A program made the translations under genes and the position numbers. A model generated the notes under the pieces. The model searched no databases and was not told the origin of the DNA. It saw only the letters and a program-made list of their open reading frames with translations. From Octopus sinensis (Eukaryota): DNA of 64,000 bases. Shown piece after piece: positions 52,880 through 64,000 of this stretch; position 1 is the stretch's first letter; each line of letters begins with the position of its first letter. The stretch is taken from the NCBI RefSeq assembly GCF_006345805.1, contig NC_043006.1, positions 104,594,001 to 104,658,000 of the forward strand. The letters are read 5' to 3'.

Positions 52880-54300
52880 GGGTACCAATAAATCTTACAC
52901 CAACATAAAATACCAACAGGATAAACAAACATGTAACGATCACAATATGCGCCGGCTGAAACACCTTCATTTTTAACGGAATCAGATTTTCAGATAATGC
53001 AGAAAGAAATAACAAGATAAAGTACAACATACTAATGGAAGAGAAAGTTAGGAATAAATATTATAGTTCCCTCAGAACGATTCTTAAACCAAAGTTAAAT
53101 GGAAAAAAGGAATAACGTATTAAAAATCAATATCCTAGCCGTTCCAGTAATAAATTATATTCGGAATATTCTCGGCTTGATGCTAATTAATGCTAAATAA
53201 TAGGAAAGAATTAATCATGGAGAGTACACCATCCAAAAGCTGACTGAAAATTATATATTTACTACAGAGACTCCGAGATAAATGATTATAAAATGCCAAA
53301 TGAAGATCTACTGGGAGGTAAATTATCTAAAAATAGCAACTGCAAGACTACAAAACTGTCTAATAATGAATACAAGGAAACTAATATAAATAGCAGTACG
53401 AGAATAGATATAGAAGCAGAGAAGTTAAAAGAATAAAGCCCAACATGGAGATGATACCGTGATGTTAAGAAGTTGGCAAAAACACGGGCCTCGATATCTG
53501 ATCAGAAAAATAAAAGTAAAAAAATAAGGGTAAAAACTAGATTCAGAGCTGAAAGGATTTTCGATTGCAGCGCTGCACTAAAAAATACCAAATTCTTACA
53601 ATGAATCAGGAACAAGAAGGAATCACAAAATATGTGGTGTCTATAAAGAAACAATTAATCACATATATATTATTTTGTTGTTGTTGTTTTGTCCAATCTT
53701 AGCCAAAACAGAATATAGAAACACGCATGAGAGAGTTGGAAAATTCGTACAGTGAAAATTAAGCCAGCAATGATACGGAGATGTTATAAGCAAATTCTGA
53801 AAAATGGTCAAAGAGAATGCCAAATTGACAGCACCGTGAAATATACCAGATCACGCGGAAAAAGAAACTAAGAAATATTGATTAAACATTTTAGTAGAAG
53901 GCCAACAAGTTTGGAGGAGAAAGCAAGTCGATTAAATCTACCCCAATACTCGACCGGTACATATTTTATCGACCTCAAAAGAAAGAAAGAAAGGTAAAGT
54001 TGACCTCGGCGTGATTTGAACTCAGAACACAAGATAGACAAAATACTGTTTAGCATTTTGCCTGGCGTGCTAACGTTTTTGCCATCTCGCCGACGTTCTT
54101 GAAAGCAATCAAGTAAAACGGTTCTATCAGTTCGTTAATATTTCCCAGCAAACAATAATATGTCTCTAAAGAAGTGTAAAAACCGAAATATAAAGATCTG
54201 AAAATAGGCATAACCAAACTGCTGGGATTGGAAACACAAACAATCCCTGTATTCGACAGGGTTCATTCAGAATACTAAAAACAATAAGGACAATGCCGAA
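52880..54300 (+). pseudogene. Heavily decayed R4/Dong-like ORF (RT C-terminus, zinc-knuckle region, endonuclease) with nested SINE
   Basis: Frameshifted motifs RTILKPKLNG, INILAVPVINY, HHPKAD, (K)ETINHI and KYKDLKI. Confidence 0.6.
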
Positions 54301-54900
54301 GAATACATAGCGAAAACAGATGTAGCTATTTACAATCAGGAAAAGATATCTTTCCTTATCGGGCTATTATTTCTGGAAACAAAGATAACCAGAATGTTAA
54401 GATTAAAGAAACAAACAATCCCTTTAATAAAATGATGCCTTGAGAACATATCAGGAAAACACAGAAGAAATATACAAGAAACGAAATCGCCATCACTTCA
54501 CATGCGTTAAAGATACACAAAATATAATTATCAGGCAGAGCACACAACGTAGAAATGACATGCTAATGGCACAGGGATGTCAGCTTGGCAGCAGAGTTAA
54601 AACATCCAGTAAAAATGAGGCAATTGAAATAAGAAAAAGTAAGGATTTGAAGTGGGAAATAAAAATACTCTGGTCATTGTGTATTTTAACTATGAAACTC
54701 ACAAAATATATTCAAAATATAGGAGTAAATGTAAAGAGTATCTATAGAACACAGTGTTGCTTCAAGCTCAGGAATAAAAAGTATTACCTTAGACACATGG
54801 TTCTGGTCTAGTTACAATGTCTTATATCCTCCAGCAAAGAAGATAACAACAACAACAACAACAGCAACAACAACAACAGCAGCAGCAGCAACAACAACAA

Positions 54901-55428
54901 CAGGTATGAACAAGAATCTAGTTAAGTTCTAGAAAGTAGGAAATACAAGATGTTGTGCGACGTTAACATTCAGACTGACAGAGTAAATAGAAGCTAGAAG
55001 GCCTGATGTGGTAGAAGTAGATAAAGAGGAGAGAAAGTGGCAGACAATTGACTTTACTGTCCCAAATGATAAAGAAATTAATATGAGAAATATAGAGAAA
55101 AATATCAAAGTACCAGGACCTAGCCATTGAATTACAGAGACTATGGAAAGTACGGATAAAAATATATCTCAGTAGTTATAGGTGCATTGGGAAGTATCTC
55201 TAAAATCTGAATAGATAGAGGAAATAGGCATAAAACACAGTTTAGTACAGCTCCAGAAAACAGTATTATTAGGGAGAGCTAGGATACTTAGGAGGGTTCT
55301 TGGCATCGAAGATTACTTACTGTAACCCACCAGGTCGGTTCTTGGTATCTACGTATCTAAGGCTACTTGTTGTAGCCTGGTGTTAGGCTTTTCTTTTCCA
55401 ACAGTCTAATCTGTTGAATGTATATGAT
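54901..55428 (+). mobile_element. Third R4/Dong-like endonuclease fragment plus 3' UTR
   Basis: Frameshifted motifs KMLCDVNIQTDR, EARRPDVVEVDKEERKWQTIDFTVPND, KYQDLAIELQRLWKV, VIGALGS and LQKTVLLGRARILRRVLGI. Ends at (AAT)n. Confidence 0.82.
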
Positions 55429-55530
55429 CATAATAATAATAATAATAATAATATGATGATGATGATAATGATAATAATGATAATAATAATAATGATGATG
55501 ATGATTATGATGATGATGATGATGAGGTTT

Positions 55531-55605
<75 letters not shown>

Positions 55606-55639
55606 TAATAATAATAATAATATAATGATAATAATAATG

Positions 55640-55722
<83 letters not shown>

Positions 55723-56054
55723 TAATAATAATAATAATAATAATAATGATAATATAATAATAATATAATATAATAATAATGATGATATAATGATAATAAT
55801 AATAATAATAATAATATAATAATAATGATGATAATAATGATAATAATAATAATATAATATAATAATAATGATGATAATAATGATAATAATAATATATAAT
55901 AATAATAATAATAATAATGATGATAATAATGATAATAATAATAATAATGATAATAATAATGACAATAATAATGATAATAATAATAATAATGATGATGATG
56001 ATGATTATGATGATGATGATGATGATGATTATGATGATGATGATGATGAGGTTT

Positions 56055-56132
<78 letters not shown>

Positions 56133-56175
56133 GCGATGATGATGACGATTATGATGTTGGTGGTGGTGGTGGTGG
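55429..56175. repeat. Compound (AAT)/(GAT)n microsatellite
   Basis: Direct reading. Confidence 0.95.
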
Positions 56176-56669
56176 TGCTTTCAAATTTTAGCACAAGGCC
56201 AGTAGTTTCCGAGAAGGGGCAATCGGATTAAATCGACCCCGAAACGATGAAAAGTAAAGTAGATGCAGATGGAATTTGAACCCAGGCAAACAGTTCTGAG
56301 GAGAATGAATTAGTCGATGTCAATGACCCAGTGCGTGATGGGGGTAATGAAAAGCAATGTTGATGCCTGCAGGATTTGAAATCAAAATGCAATCAGCCCC
56401 AAACGAATACCCTTTTTCTGACGTTCTAAATGTTGTCCTGAGATCAGATATCTTTGGGGGAAGTTAGTGTTGAATTATTGAACTCTCATTCTCAACTGTT
56501 TTCAATGGGATATTGAAAACAGGCTGGTATTCAGAACGCCTGGAACACAACCATATCTGTCATACCAACTGGTGCCGGGAATTATTGATATCAATGTTGA
56601 TTTCACTTCTGATGATAAATTGTCCTCAACGATCTATGAAATTATCGTTGCACACAATTATGCACACAA

Positions 56670-56715
<46 letters not shown>

Positions 56716-56862
56716 ACACACATATATGCATGCATACATACATTCATACATACATACATACATACATACATATACATATTTGTTTGCGTGTTAGAGATAT
56801 TTAGTTAGTTAGAAAGACCGATAGATGGACAGACAGACATATAGCTAGATAGCTACCTAGAC

Positions 56863-56915
<53 letters not shown>

Positions 56916-56958
56916 CACAAACGTATATACAGATACACAGACACATGCACACACACAT

Positions 56959-56989
<31 letters not shown>

Positions 56990-58425
56990 TGCGCATATAC
57001 ATGTATATATATTATCTTTTATTTCTTTCAGTCATTGAACCGCGGTCATGCTGAAGCACCGACTTGAATGGTTTAATCGAATAAAACGACCAAGGTACTT
57101 AATTTTAAAGTATTGCCAAAACGCTAAATGATAGTGACATAAGCAAACCAACATGGGTTTTCAGTCGATGGAGGGGGAGAGAAACAACCCTAAGACAAGC
57201 ACACACACACATGTCTATACTAAACCTCGCTAAGATAAGTATTTATTTATTTATTTATATTTAAGATCTTCAAGTTGTAAATTTTAATATTGTATAAGTC
57301 TTTGGTGTAATAATATTTTCCTTATGTAAATATCGTTGTTTATGTAATGATCTAATTATCGTAATTTGCTATATTATTAGATATTAAATTTAAGTTTATT
57401 CGTAAGATACTACTTAGCGATAGATTTTTTGTTTGATAGCAAGTATACGAGGTGTCTAAAATTAGGCTTTTGTATATATATCTATTAATAGTATTAATTG
57501 TAGTTTTAAATTTCTTATAATTAAATTAGATAAACTTTGATAAACTTAGATATGTTTCGACTAAAGATTGGTCCAGGCCATGTCTAATTTAATAGCATAA
57601 CTTAGTTATTGCTTTTTTTAATTGATATTCGCTAGTTATTCCCATTGATAATTATATTTATAGTATTTATTCGATACTATATAACTACGAATTGATTATT
57701 TCTATTAGTATTTTACATAAGATTTCCGAAAGTTCGTTTAAGTTTGTTTATTTGTATTTTGAAATTAGCTATTTCATCTTTAAATATGAAAAATTAATTT
57801 ATTAGGTTTTTATTATATGTGCATATATATTTATTTATAGAGATTATTTTAGATCTTAATTATAATATTTATATACATTTATATATTTTCATTGATAATT
57901 TATATATAATAGTCATTTTTAATTATTTATGTACTTAGATATAGATTAATACCGATATTAGATTATTGGTGGGTTTCCTACCTTATAAATTAAAAGTAAT
58001 ATTTAACATTATAGTCGATTTTGATATAATCATAATTGTTAAGTTTTATGTTTCTAGTTTGATAATAGAGTTTATTATAAGTAAAATTATTATATTATTT
58101 ATATCTTAAAAATATTGTTTAAATATTTCTGATTGTTTTTTAGATATTTCAATTAACCTGAAGATTGACTGTAACCATAACTCGAATTATTAATTGAATT
58201 TAAATTATTGTTATTCAAATTGTACAGCCATGAAACGATCGTAGTGTTTTACTCTTTATCTTTTATTAAACTTTTAATACTTTTGATATATATTTAAAAT
58301 AATATAAATTAAATTAAATTTATGTATTGGCTTATGTTTTTCATTGTTTGATTTGCATAATAGTGGTTTTATTTCTAATTTAATATAATATATATATATA
58401 TATATATATGGAGAGAGGGAGATAA

Positions 58426-58500
<75 letters not shown>

Positions 58501-58676
58501 TAGATATATGATAGATAGATAGATGTGTGTATTTTTCCCTCGTTAACAATTAACACGGAAAAATAGATAAATAGTTACCAGGGTAGCATAAAATTGCAGA
58601 AGTAAAATGTTTCTAACTCCTTGTTTTTAAAGTTAGAAACTTCGGGTTTCTGATATTATTTCTTCTTGTCTTTATT

Positions 58677-58686
58677 ATCGTCATCG

Positions 58687-58779
<93 letters not shown>

Positions 58780-58801
58780 GTATTATTTATTATTATTATT
58801 A

Positions 58802-58844
<43 letters not shown>

Positions 58845-58866
58845 ATTATTGTTATTATTATTATTG
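58677..58866. repeat. (ATC)/(ATT)n microsatellite
   Basis: Direct reading. Confidence 0.95.
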
Positions 58867-59109
58867 AGTGAGAGAGCAGCGCATGCCATCGAAGTGACAC
58901 TCGGGTAAAATATACGAAGCCCAGTATACGCATCATGACTAACCGTCTGAAAATTGTGCACCAGGTACATGCATCACAACCATATGTGTGCGATATGATT
59001 TCATATCAAGAAATAATGATATTATTTCTTTGGAATGATATCAGTGATATCTTCGAAACAAGCTGTCGGAAGTAAAAGAATTTGAATTACACCTGCGTTA
59101 AACCCCCTT

Positions 59110-59145
<36 letters not shown>

Positions 59146-59164
59146 CCCACTACACACATTTTTT

Positions 59165-59427
59165 CTCTCCTTTTATTCTCTCCTTATTTCTCTCCCTTTT
59201 TTCTCTCTCCCTTTTTTCCCTCCTTTTTTTCTCTCCTTGTTTCTCTCCTTCTTTTCTCTCCTTTTTTCTTCCCTTGTTTCTCTCCTTGTTTTTTCTGTGT
59301 CCCTTTCTGTAGAAGAGCGTAGGCTCGAAACGTGATAGACTTTTCTATTCCTGAGCGTTATACTAATACATCTGTTTGTTTTGTACACCACCTGGCTTCG
59401 TCTTTTGTTTTTTTCGTAAACTCTCCC
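59165..59427 (+). mobile_element. Family A HHR-like element with 5' TTTTCTCTCC-type subrepeats
   Basis: TTT-CTGTAGA-A-GAGC-GTAG-GCTC-GAAACGT at 59304-59333; tail ends at (TA)n. Confidence 0.78.
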
Positions 59428-59430
59428 TAT

Positions 59431-59474
<44 letters not shown>

Positions 59475-60241
59475 AACGACGCCCGTTCAGTTTCCGTCTA
59501 CCACGCTACTTGCAATATTTTAGGCGGTCCGTGTCTGCAATGAGAATACACTCGATACGATGTGGTTGATAAGCAAGTTTCTTACCACAGTGCCATGCCT
59601 GCGTCTCAACACAGCTACGTCATATATAATATACAGAATCACGCATATAGAGAATAAATATAAGAGACAGATATACAATAGTGTGAAGGCGTTAGATTAT
59701 AATATTTTGCTTTCAAAAGTGTTCATCTCCACCATTAGCCTACTAGTGTAGTATTATAAATGGACGATTTATGGTAACTAGATCTTCGTTACATTTCCAG
59801 AACATTGCATTTCATAATAATGAATATCTTCACCCACGTAATTCATACATATTTAAATTTTCTTGGTGAATATATTTCACGACCACGTGCTAGACCTTTT
59901 GACAAATAGTTATATAATTGTGTGTTTGATATATGTTTATATGGAAGTGTGTGTGTGTGTATATATATATACTATTGTATATACATATACATATATATAA
60001 ATATATATATATATATATACTTATATTTATATAAATTCATACATATATATATATATATGTATACACATACACACACACATATTAATAGTAAAAAAATTGT
60101 ATGGTATACACCTGGTAGTTTACCGGTAAAGCACGTGCACTGGTTTAGTGATTCTTGGGTAAGAGAATATGTATGTATGTATTCCTCTGTCTGTACGTGT
60201 GTGGGCGTGGAGGTCATATATACGTACACATACACATACCG

Positions 60242-60286
<45 letters not shown>

Positions 60287-60360
60287 TGGTAATAGAAAAA
60301 AGAAATGTCGTTTATCCCCACGTGGTGAGTTGTAATGTATATATATATATATATATATAG

Positions 60361-60540
60361 GGGGGGAATTCACAAAAAATAAATCGAAAAACAAAGACAG
60401 GTGGTGTAGACAACAAACTGATGTATTAGTTTAACATTCGGGAAGTGAAAAAGTCTTTAACGTTTCGAGCCGATGCTCTTCCACAGAAAGGAACACAGAA
60501 AGAAACAAGGAGATAAAAGAAAGAGAGAAAACATAGAGAA
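60361..60540 (-). mobile_element. Family A-related HHR-like element
   Basis: Minus strand: CTTT-CTGTGGA-A-GAGC-ATCG-GCTC-GAAACGT-T-AAAG; tail ends at (TA)n. Confidence 0.75.
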
Positions 60541-60555
60541 TATATATATATATAT

Positions 60556-60773
60556 TTCAAAATGTGACGGCGGGTGTACCGTTGGCGATTTTTTTCCTTC
60601 TGTCTTCCCCTGTCTGGATCTTTCCTTGTCCTATGTTTCCGACGAAGAGCTCCGCTCGAAATGTTAGACCTTCCTTCTTTCCTTCTTTTCTGAGCGTCCA
60701 ATAACACTATATTTGTTCCACGTCCTCGCATTGTTGTGTTTTCTCTTTGTGTTTTCATGTTTGGATTAACTTT

Positions 60774-60778
<5 letters not shown>
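60556..60778 (+). mobile_element. Family B HHR-like element
   Basis: GTTT-CCGACGA-A-GAGC-TCC-GCTC-GAAATGT at 60635-60664; tail ends at (TA)n. Confidence 0.75.
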
Positions 60779-60860
<82 letters not shown>

Positions 60861-63370
60861 CCAGCATGGCCACAGTCAAATGACTGAAACAAGTAAAAGA
60901 TTAAAAGAGTATATATATATATATATATATGAGGTTGGAAAGAGAGATCTTTCTCATTTTTGATAAGAAAGAAACAAATACTTCTTTGGTCTTAATTGAT
61001 ATAGTTAATCAAAATAATGTAATTCCTCATTATTGATTACATAATCTGATCTGTTCGACAAATTGTTTATCCCTCGGGCATAGAATTCTTACTTTTCGTT
61101 GCAAAGAAACTCTTAATATCTTTTTAACCTCTTCATAATTAATTCACTGTCTTCCCTCTAAATATCATTAACCTGGTCTGAAAAGATGACATTGAGATGG
61201 AGCTAGGACGAAAGAATGAGGAAGACGAGGCAAAACTTACATATCTAATTTAACTTCAATAGAAATATTTCCATAAGTTTTCCGTGTGTGTCATGGACAA
61301 TATGTTGCCTTGCATTATGGCTTAAGACGAAGACCTCTTTGCGATTGACCTAGGATGCACGCTTTTTTACCCAATGTTTTCAGTTGAGGAAAGTCTTCTA
61401 TTTAACATAATGTGCGGTGTATCCTGGACGAAGTGCCGCACCTTCACAGAGTTTAAATACGTGCATACCATAAATATGTAACATCGCCTTCAAATTTTGG
61501 TGCAGATCCAGCAAATGCGGGAGAGGGTGCGTGTCTATTATACCAAACCCAGTTTTCACCTGGTATTTATATTATTGACCATGGAGAGATGAAATGCAAA
61601 GTCGGTCACGGCAAAATTTTGAACTTAGACCGTAAAGATGGAAGATAAATATTTAATATTAAGAACGTTTAAGTCGGCGCATCGAGAGAATCGTTAGCAC
61701 GGCTGGCGAACTTCTTAGTGACACATCGTTCGTCTTTACGTTCTGAGTTCAAATTCCGCCAAGGTCGACTCTGACTTTCATCCTTACGGGGTTGGTAACT
61801 TAAGTTCCAGTTGAACACCGGGATCAATGTAATCGATTTACCCCTACCCCGAAACTTGTGGCCTTGTGCCAAAATTTGAAATCAATAATGTTTAAGGCAG
61901 CGACCTGAGAGAATCACTAGAACGCCGGGCAAAATGCTTAGCGTTATTTCATCCGTTTTAACCTACTGAGTTCAAATTCCGCCGAGGTCGAATTTGCTTT
62001 TTCCCCTCGGAGTCAATAAAATAATTACCAGTTGACTACTGGGGTCGGTGTAATCGACTACGGCCCTCCTCAGATATTACCTACCTTTTCCCAAAAATAC
62101 AAACTAGTATTCATAAAAAAAGGCATCGGACGAGCGATGCATACACTGCGAACACACAAGGATAAAATAAAATTTAATTTAATAAATATATTTTCAGAAA
62201 AATTCCTATTTCAACAAAATTACCAGAGTTATTTCCCCTGCTTATCATTTATGCATATGTAGCAAAGAAAAATGATTCCCCTGTCCCCTAGTTTTGAAGA
62301 TAATCAAACCAAAATTTTATGATTTCGAGCCATTAACCCTATGAGTATTTCTGCCAAACTTGGGTGAAAACCTGTCCTGCAGGTTCCCAGTAATTTTGCG
62401 AACACACAGAAAACCTGACTAAGACGAGCGACTACTATACTCTGCTTTCACTTATGCGCGCAGCGTAATAATGTTTGCAACTTTTAAAAAGCTTCAAACA
62501 AAAACATTTTAATTTTCTTATCCTCGTGCGATATATTTTCACATCCCCAAATAGATTTAGAGCTATTTTTAATATATTCCTCCAGCTCGCCAAAACCAGT
62601 CGTTTCGATAGTGAATGAGTGTATGGTACTGAGAGTGGAAATGACAGCGAGATACGGGTATTTATCACCTTCTTTAACTGATAGGGTAAAATCGTTTCGT
62701 CTCGACTGGAGGTGTACTGCGCTTTTAAACACAATGCGTCTTCAAGACATATACCCTGAATGACGAAGCTCAGCTTCATAGAGTTTAACCACGGACATTA
62801 AGTCTGTCATTAATAAAGTACTAGGCTTACAAAGAATAAGTCCTGGGGTTGATTTGTTCGACTAAACATGGCCGCGGTCAAAAGACTGAAACAAATAAAA
62901 GAAAGATCCCAACCTACATTCCTATATGCATTTATACATATAGATACTTGCACGAAGCAAAGAATACTTGGCAAGTACATCCAAATTAGGCACACATACG
63001 ATCGCACACAAATATAAACAGACTCGAAAATGTAAACATGCGTAGTTATAGATATGGAAACCTAGCAATCTAGCAAGATTGGCAGAGAGGCGGTTAGTCA
63101 AATAGACAGATAAATAGATAGACAACTTGGTAGTTAGATAGCTTTATAGTCAGTAGACTTGAGTCAACGTAATGGATTTACTCCGTCCCTCGAAATCGCA
63201 GCTTTGAGTCAAAATTTTTAAACCAAAATCCGTTTTGGACAATTTATCTCTTCTTGTGAGAGTGATTTATATTTGTTTTGAAGTAGAAAAATATTTATAA
63301 AACACACTCACCGGTAAAATTTCCATTCGTTTCCTTCTTTATTTTTCTGAAATTTTCGTTGCCTCTTGCA

Positions 63371-63409
63371 ACCTTTTCAATAGTTTTGAGTCAAAACTAT
63401 TGAAAAGGT
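63371..63409. repeat. 19-bp perfect inverted repeat with 1-nt spacer within a dispersed repeat
   Basis: ACCTTTTCAATAGTTTTGA-G-TCAAAACTATTGAAAAGGT. Confidence 0.95.
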
Positions 63410-63531
63410 CACGTCGCTTACATCAGGGAATGCGATAAATGCAGATTGTGCCACAAGACAGTTGTGAAACAAGTAATAACGTTGTATGCTTATGTGTATT
63501 TATGGGCACGCGTGCATGGGTGTGTATATAT

Positions 63532-63763
63532 ATTTCTTTACTACCCACAAGGGGCTAAACACAGTGGGGACAAACAAGGACAGACAAACGGATTAAGTCG
63601 ATTATATCGACCCCAGTGCGTAACCGGTACTTATTTAATCGACCCCGAAAGGATGAAAGGCAAAGTCGATCTCGGCGGAATTTGAACTCAGAACGTAGCG
63701 ACAGATGAAATACGGCTACGCATTTCGCCCGACGTGCTAACGTTTCTGCCAGCTCGCCACCTT
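63532..63763 (-). mobile_element. SINE family S2, complete, with 16-bp TSD
   Basis: TSD ATGGGTGTGTATATAT at 63516-63531 and 63764-63779. Confidence 0.93.
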
Positions 63764-64000
63764 ATGGGTGTGTATATATGCACGTATTTACTCAGCAATG
63801 TCTAGCTCCACTGCTTTTCCGCATTGCGTGTCATCCCGTGAACATTTGTAAAAGGAAAGATTTTGAATTTTCCGTTGCTGCATATTTCCAGTTGCTTACT
63901 TAACGAAATCTTGTCGGATATGCTGTCTGTGTATTATTACTCGTTTGCAGAGCGAATAACTTGTTTCGCCAATGTAATTTTCTTTGCAGATTGGGCAGAT

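Overview
Repeat-saturated, AT-rich metazoan non-coding DNA. The SINE families and extreme (TA)n/(CA)n/(AAT)n/(GATA)n load suggest an Octopus genome (inference). There is one 100-N gap (1884-1983). No host protein-coding gene is supported, and nearly all ORF-track entries are translated microsatellites or SINEs. Recognisable coding relics are all transposon-derived: a 5'-truncated Penelope-like element (PLE) whose frame is still open from the RT YRDD motif to the GIY-YIG nuclease (27261-28637, minus), two further PLE fragments, a CR1 3' end, three R4/Dong-like fragments beside (AAT)n tracts, a DD37D maT transposon, a MULE fragment, Merlin-like MITEs carrying telomeric repeats, and Helitron ends. 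The main discovery is a set of type I hammerhead ribozymes (HHRs), folded by eye, in at least seven distinct sequence families; most copies end at or near (TA)n tracts. The standout is a non-coding ~595-bp HHR unit present as one inverted copy plus ~2.5 tandem copies (44217-46226), the architecture expected of a retrozyme or non-autonomous PLE able to make circular RNA. A second 493-bp HHR monomer has 26-bp terminal redundancy (28765-29283), and an abundant SINE-like family carries a non-canonical CUGUNGA core.
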